The translations under genes and the position numbers were made by a program. From NCBI GenBank assembly GCA_023515795.1, contig JALGPX010000064.1:1-64000 (forward strand): a stretch of DNA of 64,000 bases. The letters run 5' to 3'. This DNA comes from Amoeboaphelidium occidentale (Eukaryota). Under the pieces are notes generated by a model. That model was not told the origin of the DNA. It searched no databases and was given only the letters and a program-made list of their open reading frames with translations. Of the stretch, positions 23,724-34,544 are shown one piece after another; position 1 is the first letter of the stretch; each line of letters opens with the position of its first letter.

Positions 23724-24985
23724 GCACCAGGTGCTTAAGGCCCTTTTGTCATCTTTAAAGACACTAAAGATAGCCCTTTACGGCTTCAAATAAATAAAAG
23801 ACGTAAATATCGACTTGAAACGAGAAGAGTTCTAAATGTTTCGATAGTTTTTGCATGAGATCAAACATCAGNNNNNNNNNNNNNNNNNNNNNTCTTTAAA
23901 GACACTAAAGATAGCCCTTTACGGCTTCAAATAAACAAAAGACGTAAATATCGACTTGAAACGAGAAGAGTTCTAAATGTTTCGATAGTTTTTGCATGAG
24001 ATCAAACATCAGGCTGAAACAACACCACTAACACGCCATTAGTTGCAACACTTTAAGCGTAATTTAACGAAATAATAAGCAAAGACTCACGCCTATGTCT
24101 CCTAGAGGAAGCGCTTTAGAACTGGTCTGGATATTCCGCTGAAACCACTTTGGCCATGTAAATGCTGGGCTTATACAATATAGTTGAAACTCTGCAGTTA
24201 ACCTTTTAAACCGATTCTATTGCAATATTCGCGCTTAGCATCTCATGGTTCGCCTTTGTTGTCGTTTATTCAGAACCTTTTAATCATGGATTGAAACTCA
24301 AAAGAAATGCCTGATCAACTTGTTTCAACGTCTTTCAGCGCATTGACCGCATCACCAGAGGAGCAACATACTGCTACGCGATGTGATCTGCAGTGGTAGT
24401 ATCCAAATAGTTGCTATTAGAAGTTCTGAATACAATAAAGGCGTGCAACATTCTCCAAAGTATCACGGCCAAATAGAAGTTTCAGCAGTAGCAAAAGAAC
24501 TGATAGAATGGTCTCTGTGAGATACTTTCATCTAAATCTCCAGCAAATTTCCGTGAATATCTTCTTTTCATATTACTCGTTATCCTTCTTGATAGTAAAT
24601 TTTCTCCAAATATCGATTAAGTTCTGCAAACTTATAACAAGATGAACAGATGCTTATGTGACAAAAGTAAAGAAGTGTATGCATAGTAAAACTATCCAGA
24701 GCACGTAAGCATAAGAGTGTAACAGTAACAGATTTTAGAGCTATCACTGCAAAAGAACGGTGCAAGCATGGCAGACGTTTCAAGGAGAAAGAGCTGCAGT
24801 CCAAAAGAGCATTGATAATCTGTAGAACATCTCAGTAGAGGAAGAGATTACGAAAATGAACGTTTATTTAGCAATATCAATATGCAACATTAATTGTTGA
24901 AAAAAGCTTGTCTCGTCTTGTCTTGATTCGTCTTGCGGCAACCTGATGTAACACTGATCGGACTTAGCGCTAAGATTTGTTCAAG

Positions 24986-25771
24986 ATGATTAAGTTTTGC
25001 TTTATCGCAGTCCTTTCTGCTGCAGTTTCAGCTACGGTTAAATCATACGGCGCGTATTATCATTCATCATCGGGGTTGTGTTCGAACGGTTTCAGCCATA
25101 ATGTTACCGTTGTTCAGTCTGATAGTTCGCTGCATAGCATCACTATAAAATGCGGGAATAAGACTATTCACATGGGAACTAATGATAATTATTTTTCAGG
25201 GCAGAGAATTAATGATGGTTTATTACACGTGAGTTCAAATCAGAGCAATGCATTGACTGTGTCAGCTACTGCTCAGCAAGGTTTTGTTCCTGTGCGCATG
25301 CCTGATGTCAGAACGGTCAATACCATCATTAAGAAGGTAAAAAATGGCGCTGATAAAATTGTCATGATGGAGTTTATCATGTACTCTGACAGTGGGAGAA
25401 GGGTTGAAAGATTTGGTGAATCGTTACAAGTATCTACAGCTGAATGCTATCCTAACAGAATTGTTAGAATCGACGTAATGAATGCGCCGTTTAGGGCTTT
25501 AAAGGTTACGTGTCAAGATAAAAGGGTTTTCAATTTGCCTGAAGGTTACAATGGCCCATTCAGTAAGACGCACATATCAACGAAAGGCTTTCCTGACACG
25601 CACGCTGAAATGAACCAAGAGGGAGATATCAGCAGTTTCAGACCTCTAATGCCGCAATACAAAGAGACTAATAAGGGTATGCTGCCTATTCTTAACGAAA
25701 CAATGGTCATAATAACGGCTGTCTCAACTTACAGCGCCGTAAAGTCTTTGCAAATTGATTATCGCCGTTGA
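24986..25771 (+). CDS. Predicted secreted protein of unknown family
   Basis: Signal peptide MIKFCFIAVLSAAVSA, intronless, beta-rich with scattered Cys. Confidence 0.7.
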   Translation: MIKFCFIAVLSAAVSATVKSYGAYYHSSSGLCSNGFSHNVTVVQSDSSLHSITIKCGNKTIHMGTNDNYFSGQRINDGLLHVSSNQSNALTVSATAQQGFVPVRMPDVRTVNTIIKKVKNGADKIVMMEFIMYSDSGRRVERFGESLQVSTAECYPNRIVRIDVMNAPFRALKVTCQDKRVFNLPEGYNGPFSKTHISTKGFPDTHAEMNQEGDISSFRPLMPQYKETNKGMLPILNETMVIITAVSTYSAVKSLQIDYRR

Positions 25772-25782
25772 TTAGAAATAGA

Positions 25783-27186
25783 ATGCCTGGAAAGAATGTT
25801 ATTGTGCCTCCCTTTAGCAATGTATTTCCATACTATTCTTTAAGCGTACAGGATGATTCTTCTATCCTGAACCTGGAAAAGAATCTAGTGAAGGAACAGA
25901 AAGCTGTCACACAACCAATTGCCCCAACTTCGCAAAATCGAATAGCAGCGATAATCAGCGCTGTAGGCCAATGGTTTAAGTTATCGCAAGCAGAAGCAGT
26001 AAATAACATAAATGCTCTGGTCAAAAGCAAGCGAAGGAAAGTCGTGATAGTTGGAATACATGGTTGGTTTCCTACTGTTCGTTTAGTTCAAACGGTGTTC
26101 GGCGAACGACAGGGGACGTCTTCAAAGTTTTGTCAGGAGATGGAGCAGATTATCAAAGATCAAGACCCAGAAGCTGATACAGTTTGCATAGCTTTAAATG
26201 GCGACGGTAAAGTTCAGGATCGTGTTGATTTGTACGAGGAAATTTTGTTGGACCCACACAATAATTACACTCAAAATTTAAAAGAGGCCGATGAGATTTA
26301 CTTTGTGGCTCACTCTCAGGGTTGTCTTGTTGCAGCTTCTTTGATATTTCGTTTGATCAAACGGTCTCTCATTGATTGCACAAGACAGAGTGTTGGATCT
26401 CTTTTTATGGCGGGTATATGTCACGGACCTTTTCGATCCATAAAAGGGAATTTAGTGATACAGTATGTTGAAACCGATGCTGCTCGCGAACTCTTTGATT
26501 ATTGTTACGGCGGAGAAAGCAGTACTTCCGCAGCAAACTCTAAAGATGACGACGAAGAAATATCGTTTGATGTTGAAATGGAAAGCGTTAAAATATTTTG
26601 GGAAGATGTTCAAAGTATACTCCAAAGCAATGTCAAAATATGTTGTGTTTCTAGCTGGCTAGATCCTGTAGTTCCTCTCTATTCTTCTTTAATGTATGCA
26701 TTTGATCATCCAAACATATTTCGGTGTATTTATGTTGATTCTTACAACTTCAAGAATGACTTTATATTACAGCTTCTATCCTTCGCTGTCAAGTTGCGTA
26801 ATATTGGTTTAGATGACCAGAGGATAATTGTGGATCTTTCTGAATTACTATCAGGATCAATGTATCAAGGTGTTGAACACTCTACTATTTTTGAAGAGCC
26901 TTCTGTGTATCAAACGGCTTTAAGTTGGTTTCGGCACGAAATTCATGTTCCTGTTACCCAAAGAAAGTTTAAACTGCGACCTTTTCGATGCACGAGCAAA
27001 ATCAATTCTTACCGTTTACCATGGTCTCTAAGATCTTTGTATGCGCACGAGGCAATCAGAAATTCAGAAGATTTAAGACAAGATTTGATACAATTACACA
27101 AGTCTTTATCGTCGTGGTCTCCTTCGAATAGGAACATGAAGATCGTTAAGCATAGACTGTTGGGGCTTCGAGACAGCAAGCTCTAG
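25783..27186 (+). CDS. Alpha/beta-hydrolase, YML020W-like
   Basis: VVIVGIHGWFP, AHSQG nucleophile elbow, AGICHGPF, DPVVPLYSS, HSTIFEE. Confidence 0.8.
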   Translation: MPGKNVIVPPFSNVFPYYSLSVQDDSSILNLEKNLVKEQKAVTQPIAPTSQNRIAAIISAVGQWFKLSQAEAVNNINALVKSKRRKVVIVGIHGWFPTVRLVQTVFGERQGTSSKFCQEMEQIIKDQDPEADTVCIALNGDGKVQDRVDLYEEILLDPHNNYTQNLKEADEIYFVAHSQGCLVAASLIFRLIKRSLIDCTRQSVGSLFMAGICHGPFRSIKGNLVIQYVETDAARELFDYCYGGESSTSAANSKDDDEEISFDVEMESVKIFWEDVQSILQSNVKICCVSSWLDPVVPLYSSLMYAFDHPNIFRCIYVDSYNFKNDFILQLLSFAVKLRNIGLDDQRIIVDLSELLSGSMYQGVEHSTIFEEPSVYQTALSWFRHEIHVPVTQRKFKLRPFRCTSKINSYRLPWSLRSLYAHEAIRNSEDLRQDLIQLHKSLSSWSPSNRNMKIVKHRLLGLRDSKL

Positions 27187-27208
27187 GACTCAAATATTTA
27201 TTATTAAC

Positions 27209-28261
27209 TCATAAATTGAATTCACTTTTAGTGCGAAGATACCATTGCAGAAGAGCATCATGTTCAACAAGAATGGCTTTCAGTTTAGAGTCAACCATAA
27301 AATCATAAATGCCGGAACTTTGATCCTTTAAGCCCATTGTTCCCTTTTCTTTGTAACTATCCCCAAACACGTAAATCAAATCTAGATACGAGAATACAAA
27401 AACATCAAGAGAACAAGCTTTCGTATCCAAGAAGAACTTGTATGAATTCTTGGACAACAGAGTTTGCAGATTCTTTAAAGCATTCCTGTATTGTGTGTCA
27501 ATATCTGATCTTGAAAGCACAGGCGCAGATCCCATAATGCCATGTTGCTGGGATTTTTCTAAATATCCAATAGCTTCTCTGCGTTTGTCTTTACTCTTCT
27601 TATGCCTCACAAAAAACCAGTCTGTATTCTCGTTATAATAGAGATACTTGGTAAAGTAAGAATAATTAAGAGTGTTCGCGAAAAGATAAAACAGCAAAGC
27701 AGGCCTGATGCTACTTTCCACCATCGAAATGCATGCCAAAGCTTCACCTCTCTCTGCTTCAGACAAGTGGGCATCAAGATCAACACCATTCAACTTTAAA
27801 TGCTCCAATATTTCATTCCAATTTGACAAGACATTGTACATCGAACCCACAGAGACAACAGCAAAAGGCATCTTTCCATGAGGAGACATTTGAGGCTCAC
27901 TGCGTGTATCTGTAGCTATTTGTAAACCAGCCATCTTTGCGTAGACTTGAACGATTAAACTATCGATATCTCTTGACAACACACCACGAATGAAACCCTG
28001 CTGTTGCTGAGCTTTAGCTTTGTCGCCCTTTGATATCCATGGCTCGTACTGGAACAGCACCATCTTGACTTTACAATCAGAACTGATCTTATTTAACGCA
28101 GCCAACGTTTCTGAGGGATAACCAAGTTCTGGTCCAGCTTCCAGCACTCTGGTCTTTGGCAGGAACGACTCAATAAATTCATTAATTCTCTTTTGCCAAC
28201 TTTCCACGAATTCTTTTGCTTCTTCGTAGGAAGTTTTCTCTGCGTGCGATTCGCTTGTCAT
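27209..28261 (-). CDS. Metaxin/SAM complex GST-like subunit
   Basis: MSPHGKMP, LDAHLS, ALLFYLF...NY, LQTLL...FFL...SLDVFVFSYL metaxin motifs. Confidence 0.75.
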   Translation of the reverse strand: MTSESHAEKTSYEEAKEFVESWQKRINEFIESFLPKTRVLEAGPELGYPSETLAALNKISSDCKVKMVLFQYEPWISKGDKAKAQQQQGFIRGVLSRDIDSLIVQVYAKMAGLQIATDTRSEPQMSPHGKMPFAVVSVGSMYNVLSNWNEILEHLKLNGVDLDAHLSEAERGEALACISMVESSIRPALLFYLFANTLNYSYFTKYLYYNENTDWFFVRHKKSKDKRREAIGYLEKSQQHGIMGSAPVLSRSDIDTQYRNALKNLQTLLSKNSYKFFLDTKACSLDVFVFSYLDLIYVFGDSYKEKGTMGLKDQSSGIYDFMVDSKLKAILVEHDALLQWYLRTKSEFNL

Positions 28262-28314
28262 TTCCCAGTGCCGAGAGTTTGTTGCTCACACACACAAATT
28301 TTACCTGTTCAAAC

Positions 28315-29295
28315 ATGCCACATTCCGCAGTCTCAGAAGAAGGCCAAGCTAAGCTGGCAGCATTCAGAAACCAGAAGATCAAGGACTTCATCCCAATGAC
28401 TAATTTGGCAGAGCAGAAGTTGATCGAAGTTAATGACAAGACTGCGATCGAAGATGTTTTGGCTATCTTAGCAAGACACAATATCTTGTCATTACCCGTT
28501 GTTGCTACAGGGGAAAAGAAGAAGACATATTCAGCAATTGCAAATGTTTACGATTTACTTGACTTTGTCCTGTTCGCTGCTTGTGATGAATTGGAACAAT
28601 CTCCTGATAAGCTCACCCATAGTGCTTTTACTCTGAAGCACCCGATCTCTGATATCCTGGAGGGTCATGATCAAAGGAAGGAAAGCTATAAATTATGGAT
28701 GTACTCTGTTGAAACAAAGCTTGATAGTGTCTTGGAGGTGTTATCGAAAGGTGTGCACCGCTGTTTGTTGGAAGAGGGGCCATACTTGTTGACCCAATTC
28801 GATATCATCAAAGCGATCCATGCTAATCCTTCCATTTTGCCAGTTGATATGCTGAATAGTTCTATGCAGGCTTTGGGTTTGTTTCCTTCAAAGTGTTACG
28901 GAAAGAGAAAGGAGGTTGTATCAATTCCTAATAGCTACACTGCCCTTCGTGCTTTTAAGCGAATGGTTATTGACGATGTGTCTGGTTTGCCTGTTGTTGA
29001 TAACAAGAACCAATTCTGTAATGTGATCACATCTTCTGATTTGAGAGGCATTGAGGTTCTTACTCTGCCTGACTTGCTTTTGTCAATTGAGAAGTTTCTG
29101 GATAAGCGTTCGCCTCATAGAAAGCATCATAGCTTTTTGACTATCACTCCTGAGACAACGCTGAATGATGCGATTGTTAAATTTGTCGATGGTAAAGTTC
29201 ACCATTTGTGGTATTTGGATGATAAGAAGAGACCTATTGGTGTAACCACATTGACTGATGTTATTACCAAGTTTAGCTCTACAGATTACTTGTAA
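28315..29295 (+). CDS. CBS-domain protein (SNF4/Sds23-like, four CBS repeats)
   Basis: ILSLPVV, GVHR, VSGLPVVD, VHHLW...IGVTTLTDVI. Confidence 0.85.
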   Translation: MPHSAVSEEGQAKLAAFRNQKIKDFIPMTNLAEQKLIEVNDKTAIEDVLAILARHNILSLPVVATGEKKKTYSAIANVYDLLDFVLFAACDELEQSPDKLTHSAFTLKHPISDILEGHDQRKESYKLWMYSVETKLDSVLEVLSKGVHRCLLEEGPYLLTQFDIIKAIHANPSILPVDMLNSSMQALGLFPSKCYGKRKEVVSIPNSYTALRAFKRMVIDDVSGLPVVDNKNQFCNVITSSDLRGIEVLTLPDLLLSIEKFLDKRSPHRKHHSFLTITPETTLNDAIVKFVDGKVHHLWYLDDKKRPIGVTTLTDVITKFSSTDYL

Positions 29296-29387
29296 TAAAT
29301 CTGGAATTTGAAACATTTGATCGCAGGGGTATCTTCTCTTGTCGTTGTTGTCGCTTCAGTTTTCGAGATCGCTCAGCTTAGCTCAAA

Positions 29388-31296
29388 ATGAACAGACTTC
29401 TTTACGAACACGGAAAGGGAATCCGCAGCATAAAATTATCCGGAAAAGATTATCAACCGGATTTGGTTGCGCTTTTAGACGCTTACAAGATCACCACGAA
29501 AGAAGAGACAGAACTAACGGAATGTCTCCGATCTGTTCTGTTAGCTTCTCCGTATGAATTTATAAATGAAGTCGACGATGTTAAGGAACTGCGGGAAAGG
29601 ATTTTGTTGCATCTTGAGAGCAGAGACTTGCGTTCGCTGCTGGACTTAATTTCCAATGAGTTCCATGACGATATCGAAGCTTCAACACTTGAAGAGCTCA
29701 AGAAAACAGAAAGCGAGAGCCCTAAAGACTCAACTGAAATGTTTTGGATGTTCTGCGTTGGGGCTGTCATGCTGGAGTCAAAGTACTCTCTGGATTTTGT
29801 TTTGCTCTTTCGCAGCTCGAATCTGTTCAAGCAAATTCAGTTGATAAATCCCAGAGCATTCGTTGGCGTGGATCCTTTCGCTCTGAATGACCTTACCATT
29901 GGGATGATACTAAAGAAAATTTATGATCAGTTCAGTTCCAATACGGATTATTCTGGTTTGATTGCAGCATTAGGTGCGCCTTTCAGAGGAGGAGTTCAAG
30001 CAAACATATTCGCATTGTTCAAAGATCTGCTGCAGATAAGTTCATTTCCACTGCAGCATCAGAGTACCACACGATATTTGTGTATTAGGAAAGTTATTTA
30101 TGACTGTGCGCGCAATTTGGCTGGATCTTTGACTTTAGAGGATGGACTGTTGGCAGTTGTGCCTTTTAATTCTCTTGTAAGTTACTATAAGGAAGTTGTC
30201 AGTNNNNNNNNNNNNNNNNNNNGACTGTGCGCGCAATTTGGCTGGATGTTTGACTTTAGAGGATGGACTGTTGGCAGTTGTGCCTTTTAATTCTCTTGTA
30301 AGTTACTATAAGGAAGTTGTCAGTATACTGCGCAGAAGCAATCGATTCCGTGATGCTTCGGAATTTATTAAGTTAATCATTGAAATGCTGGAAAAGAATG
30401 AAGTTCCGGGCAGTCAGTTCAGGAATAATTCAATTGAGCTCATGTCCGATCCACAGAATGAGCGTCTAGAAGCTTACAAGAGTTTATTCTTTGTTTATGC
30501 GAAACTTGGTATGATTTCGGAATGTATCTCGTGTATTCGTAAGATGGACAACATTGAAGAGATGAAGACTCATTTAATTACATTACTTAATACTGTAGTT
30601 GAACGGGGGATATGCAAAGAATTTTTTAATATTCTAACTATGCCAAGAACAGGCCTTCACTCAACTTTTAATATACCAGAAGAAGCGCTTCATTGGCTTG
30701 AAGATTCTGCCATGAAGGAACTCTCTAGTCACAAAGGACAAGTGACTGTTGACAATTCAAAGCTTACGTTTTATTGCAATTTATTATTTGCATTCAGTAT
30801 TCATATCTGTGATTATTTGGCTGCTTCTAAATGGATGTTTTATTGTTATTTGGGGAACAGAGTTGCGTCGAAGGGAGTCAAATCATCTTTTGAAACATTA
30901 AAGCGAAGAACAAAATTGCTTCTGGCTTCCGTTAGTTCCCTTGAGCTGTATACATCTGCTGATAACCAATTAAATGCGCCATACATTGTGATACCTAAAG
31001 ATTTACGACATATTTTGGGCATTAAGAAGCGAATTTATGATTTGAAAGAGCTTAAATCATTATATCTTAAGCATGCATCAGTACTTGAAGCAGCAGCATT
31101 GGCTCAGTTTGATGAAGAAGATGGTGTAAATATCACTTTATTTATTGAAGCTCTTTTAACAGGTAAGCTTTGCATGATTTAAAATGGTTCTAACTTTGAA
31201 GCATCACTCCATGGAAACATAAAACCTCTTACAGATGCTCTGGTAAAGTATAATCTCGATGACTGGGCGATAAGCATTATGGAACTAGAAGGCTAA
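29388..31296 (+). CDS. Alpha-helical protein resembling the C-terminal part of nucleoporin Nup160/Nup120
   Basis: NLLFAFSI...DYLAASKWMF...LLASVSSL motif; two ORFs bridged by the N-gap overlap 30204-30222 plus a last intron. Confidence 0.5.
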
Positions 31297-31353
31297 AATA
31301 GAATCTTAAGTTCCATCTTGATCAGCTTTTTCTCTTTACACAAGCCACCAGAA

Positions 31354-33107
31354 ATGGCCACGAAATCTATGCCGATGATGGTAACCACTAAGCGCATCCG
31401 ATTAAACTCTTTAGCAACCGCAAATTATCCTACTAAGAGAAGGGACAGATACCTCTCAAGGCAAAGGACAGCTTTTAAGCAACATTAATGCATGTTTGGC
31501 TGTTGGCGACACTATTCGCACAACTCTTGGTCCTCGCGGAATGGACAAGCTGATCGTAGACAAGCAAGGTGACTTTAAAATGAATAACTTCTGACTTTTA
31601 CGTTAAAGGCAGTGTTACTATTTCTAATGATGGTGCCACGATTATGAGGTTGCTTGAGATTGTTCACCCTGCTGCGCGCACTCTTGTCGACATTGCTCGT
31701 GCTCAGGACGCAGAGGTAAACTTTACTGGCTCAAATATTAATCGTTTTTGTAAGGTCGGAGATGGAACTACGAGTGTTGTCCTCTTTGCTGTGGAATTAC
31801 TTAAAGAGATACGCCACTTCATTGAAGAGCGTGTTTCACCTCAGGTCATTATCAAAGGGTTCAGAAAGGCATGTGAGTTGGCCATTGCGAAGGTTGAGGA
31901 AGTCGCTGTCTCTGTTAAGCGTGAGAATATGGATGAGTATAGAGAATTATTGGAGAGATGCGCTGCGACCGCAATGTCTAGTAAATTGATTCACTCTCAG
32001 ACAGACTTCTTCAAGAAGATGGTTGTTGATGCTGTATTGGCTCTAGATCAAGATGAATTGGACGAGAAGATGATCGGAATGAAGACTGTTCCTGGAGGTG
32101 CATTGCAGGAAACAATGTTGGTGCAGGGCGTTGCGTTCAAAAAGACGTTTTCCTATGCAGGTTTCGAGCAACAACCAAAGAAGTTTTTGAATCCTAAGAT
32201 CATTTGCTTGAATATTGAGTTGGAATTGAAAGCTGAGAAGGATAACGCAGAAGTTCGTATTGATAAAGTTCAGGATTATCAGTCAATTGTCGAAGCTGAA
32301 TGGAGCATTATTTACGAAAAGCTAGAGAAGATTGTGAAGACTGGCGCCAAAGTTGTTCTAAGCAGATTACCTATTGGTGATTTGGCTACTCAATACTTTG
32401 CTGACAGAGATATCTTCTGTGCTGGAAGAGTTCCTGATGATGATTTAAGACGTGTTGTAAGGGCTGTTGGTGGATCTGTTCAAACATCAGTTAACGATTT
32501 GAGAGATGAGCATTTGGGTACTTGTGGTGTTTTTGAAGAACGTCAAATTGGAGGCGAGAGATACAATTTGTTCAGCGACTGTCCTCAAGCGAAAACATGC
32601 ACTATCATTATGAGAGGTGGCGCAGAGCAATTCATCGCAGAAGTCGAGCGTTCCTTACATGACGCTATTATGGTTGTTAGACGTACTTTGAAGTTCCACT
32701 ATGTCGTAGCTGGTGGTGGTGCTATAGAAATGTTACTTTCAAAATACCTTAGAGAATACTCTAGGAAAATCCAAGGCAAGCAACAATTAATCATTCAAGC
32801 CTTCGCTAAAGCACTTGAAGTCATTCCTAGACAAGTTTGTGATAATGCTGGTTTTGATGCGACCGATATCTTGAACAAATTAAGACAGTTACACTTCAAG
32901 TCAGAGAACTGGTATGGCGTTGATGTCACAAATGAGGATGTTTCTGATAACTTTGAGAAGTTTGTCTGGGAACCATCATTAGTCAAGACAAATATGTTGA
33001 CATCTGCTACTGAAGCTGCATGTTTAATCTTATCTGTTGATGAGACTGTCAAAAACCCTCAGAGCGAAAAGCCAGGCTTTGCACCGCAGAAACAAGGCAG
33101 ACGCTGA
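31354..33107 (+). CDS. CCT7: Chaperonin CCT/TRiC subunit eta, 4 exons
   Basis: [52 protein letters not shown]. Confidence 0.97.
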
Positions 33108-33161
33108 ATTACTGAAAATAAAAATTCGAGTCTCAACAATCCATTTTAATAATCAGAGTAA

Positions 33162-33989
33162 TCACAGAATGGCACAGCCCTTTGCCGATTTCTTCTTCAA
33201 CTTTTGCTTATTTCCCGGAGAATCGTCTGTGCTGTCCTTTTGATGCGACTTTGTGGATCCAATAGTTGCCAAAGACTCCTGATTCTCAATCTTCTTCTGA
33301 CCCTCAGCTACACAAAAGTTAACTTTAAAACCTTAAAAAATAATTGAATTACTGGCTGAAGATAGAAATTGAGCTTCGATCGTCGAAGTTGAATGTTGAG
33401 ATTCACCCAAATCAGCTCTTGGTAGAGAAGCAAACGAAGATGATTTAGCCCTAACTTCCAGAGGAGCAGTAGGATCAGGAATATCACCAGCAGGGCAATC
33501 CTTTTGTGAGACTGCAACAACAGGTGTCACCAAATCCAGACCACTATCATGTCCAACCAGCTTTTTCGAAGCGACAGCAGCAGCAACAGTAGCAGCAGCC
33601 TCTGAAACATTCTTTGCTGAACCATCCACATACAAATAGACGACGTTATTTTCTATACCAGAATCATCATAAACTGTCGCCTCCAATTCGTCGTACATCC
33701 ATTTACCATCGACAATGAATTTGTACTGAACAGGTAGCAGAAGGGGCTGTTCCAGTTTATCAGCAGCTTCAGCTTCATTATTATCAGCAGCAGCAGCAGA
33801 GGAGGAGGCATTCTTATGAGGAATTTGCATTCCAATCTCTCTTTCATACAACTTTGTCTCATAATTGTAAACCATTTCTTTATCCCCAACCCATCCGTCA
33901 AATGTCCCAGTCACAATAACAGACGCAGGCAAATAATCTTTAGGATGAAATACGAACTTGTGATTTATGGCGGCGGAAGTAGAACTCAT
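33162..33989 (-). CDS. CBM48/AMPK-beta-like glycogen-binding protein with C-terminal CaaX; intron 33308-33352
   Basis: VIVTGTFDGW...QYKFIVDGKW...GIENN; spliced tail KLKKKSAKGCAIL*. Confidence 0.8.
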
Positions 33990-34544
33990 TGGAAGCCGTT
34001 GCGAAGTTGAAAGCGGGACTGAAAGTTTTGCAGCGATTCGGCAGAGGTAGACGGAAAGCACGGGAGACGGAGCGATGGCGGAGGCCCTGAAAATGAAAAC
34101 TAATACGGAACTTGGTCTTTTCAATTTACTACGAATCGAATAAGACATTCCGGCTGTATTTGTGGCAAAATGTTTGATGTTCTTGGAGAGTTAGGTCTGA
34201 GATTAGATCGCATATAGGTGATTAAGCTGGGCCATGCTTGAACCGAAAAAGGGACTCTCCTGAACAACTTGAAGTGTTGAGGCTGAAGACGTTGGTCACA
34301 TTTGTTCCATCATGTTGACAGATTCAGCTACGCTGTTGGGCAGTATTGTAACTAATGTTTAATTGAGGTTCCAGGTGCTTTAAAGGGCTTCTTCTTTTGA
34401 AAATGATTCTTTCCTTGTTCTTAAATGTAACCATACGGTGCTATGTAATTCAATCAAGTTGGTTTACGGCGAATCAAACAGTTTCTCACGAGGTTAACTC
34501 ACATATAAGAGGAAGATGCAGTTGTAAATCTTTTTCTCAGGAAA

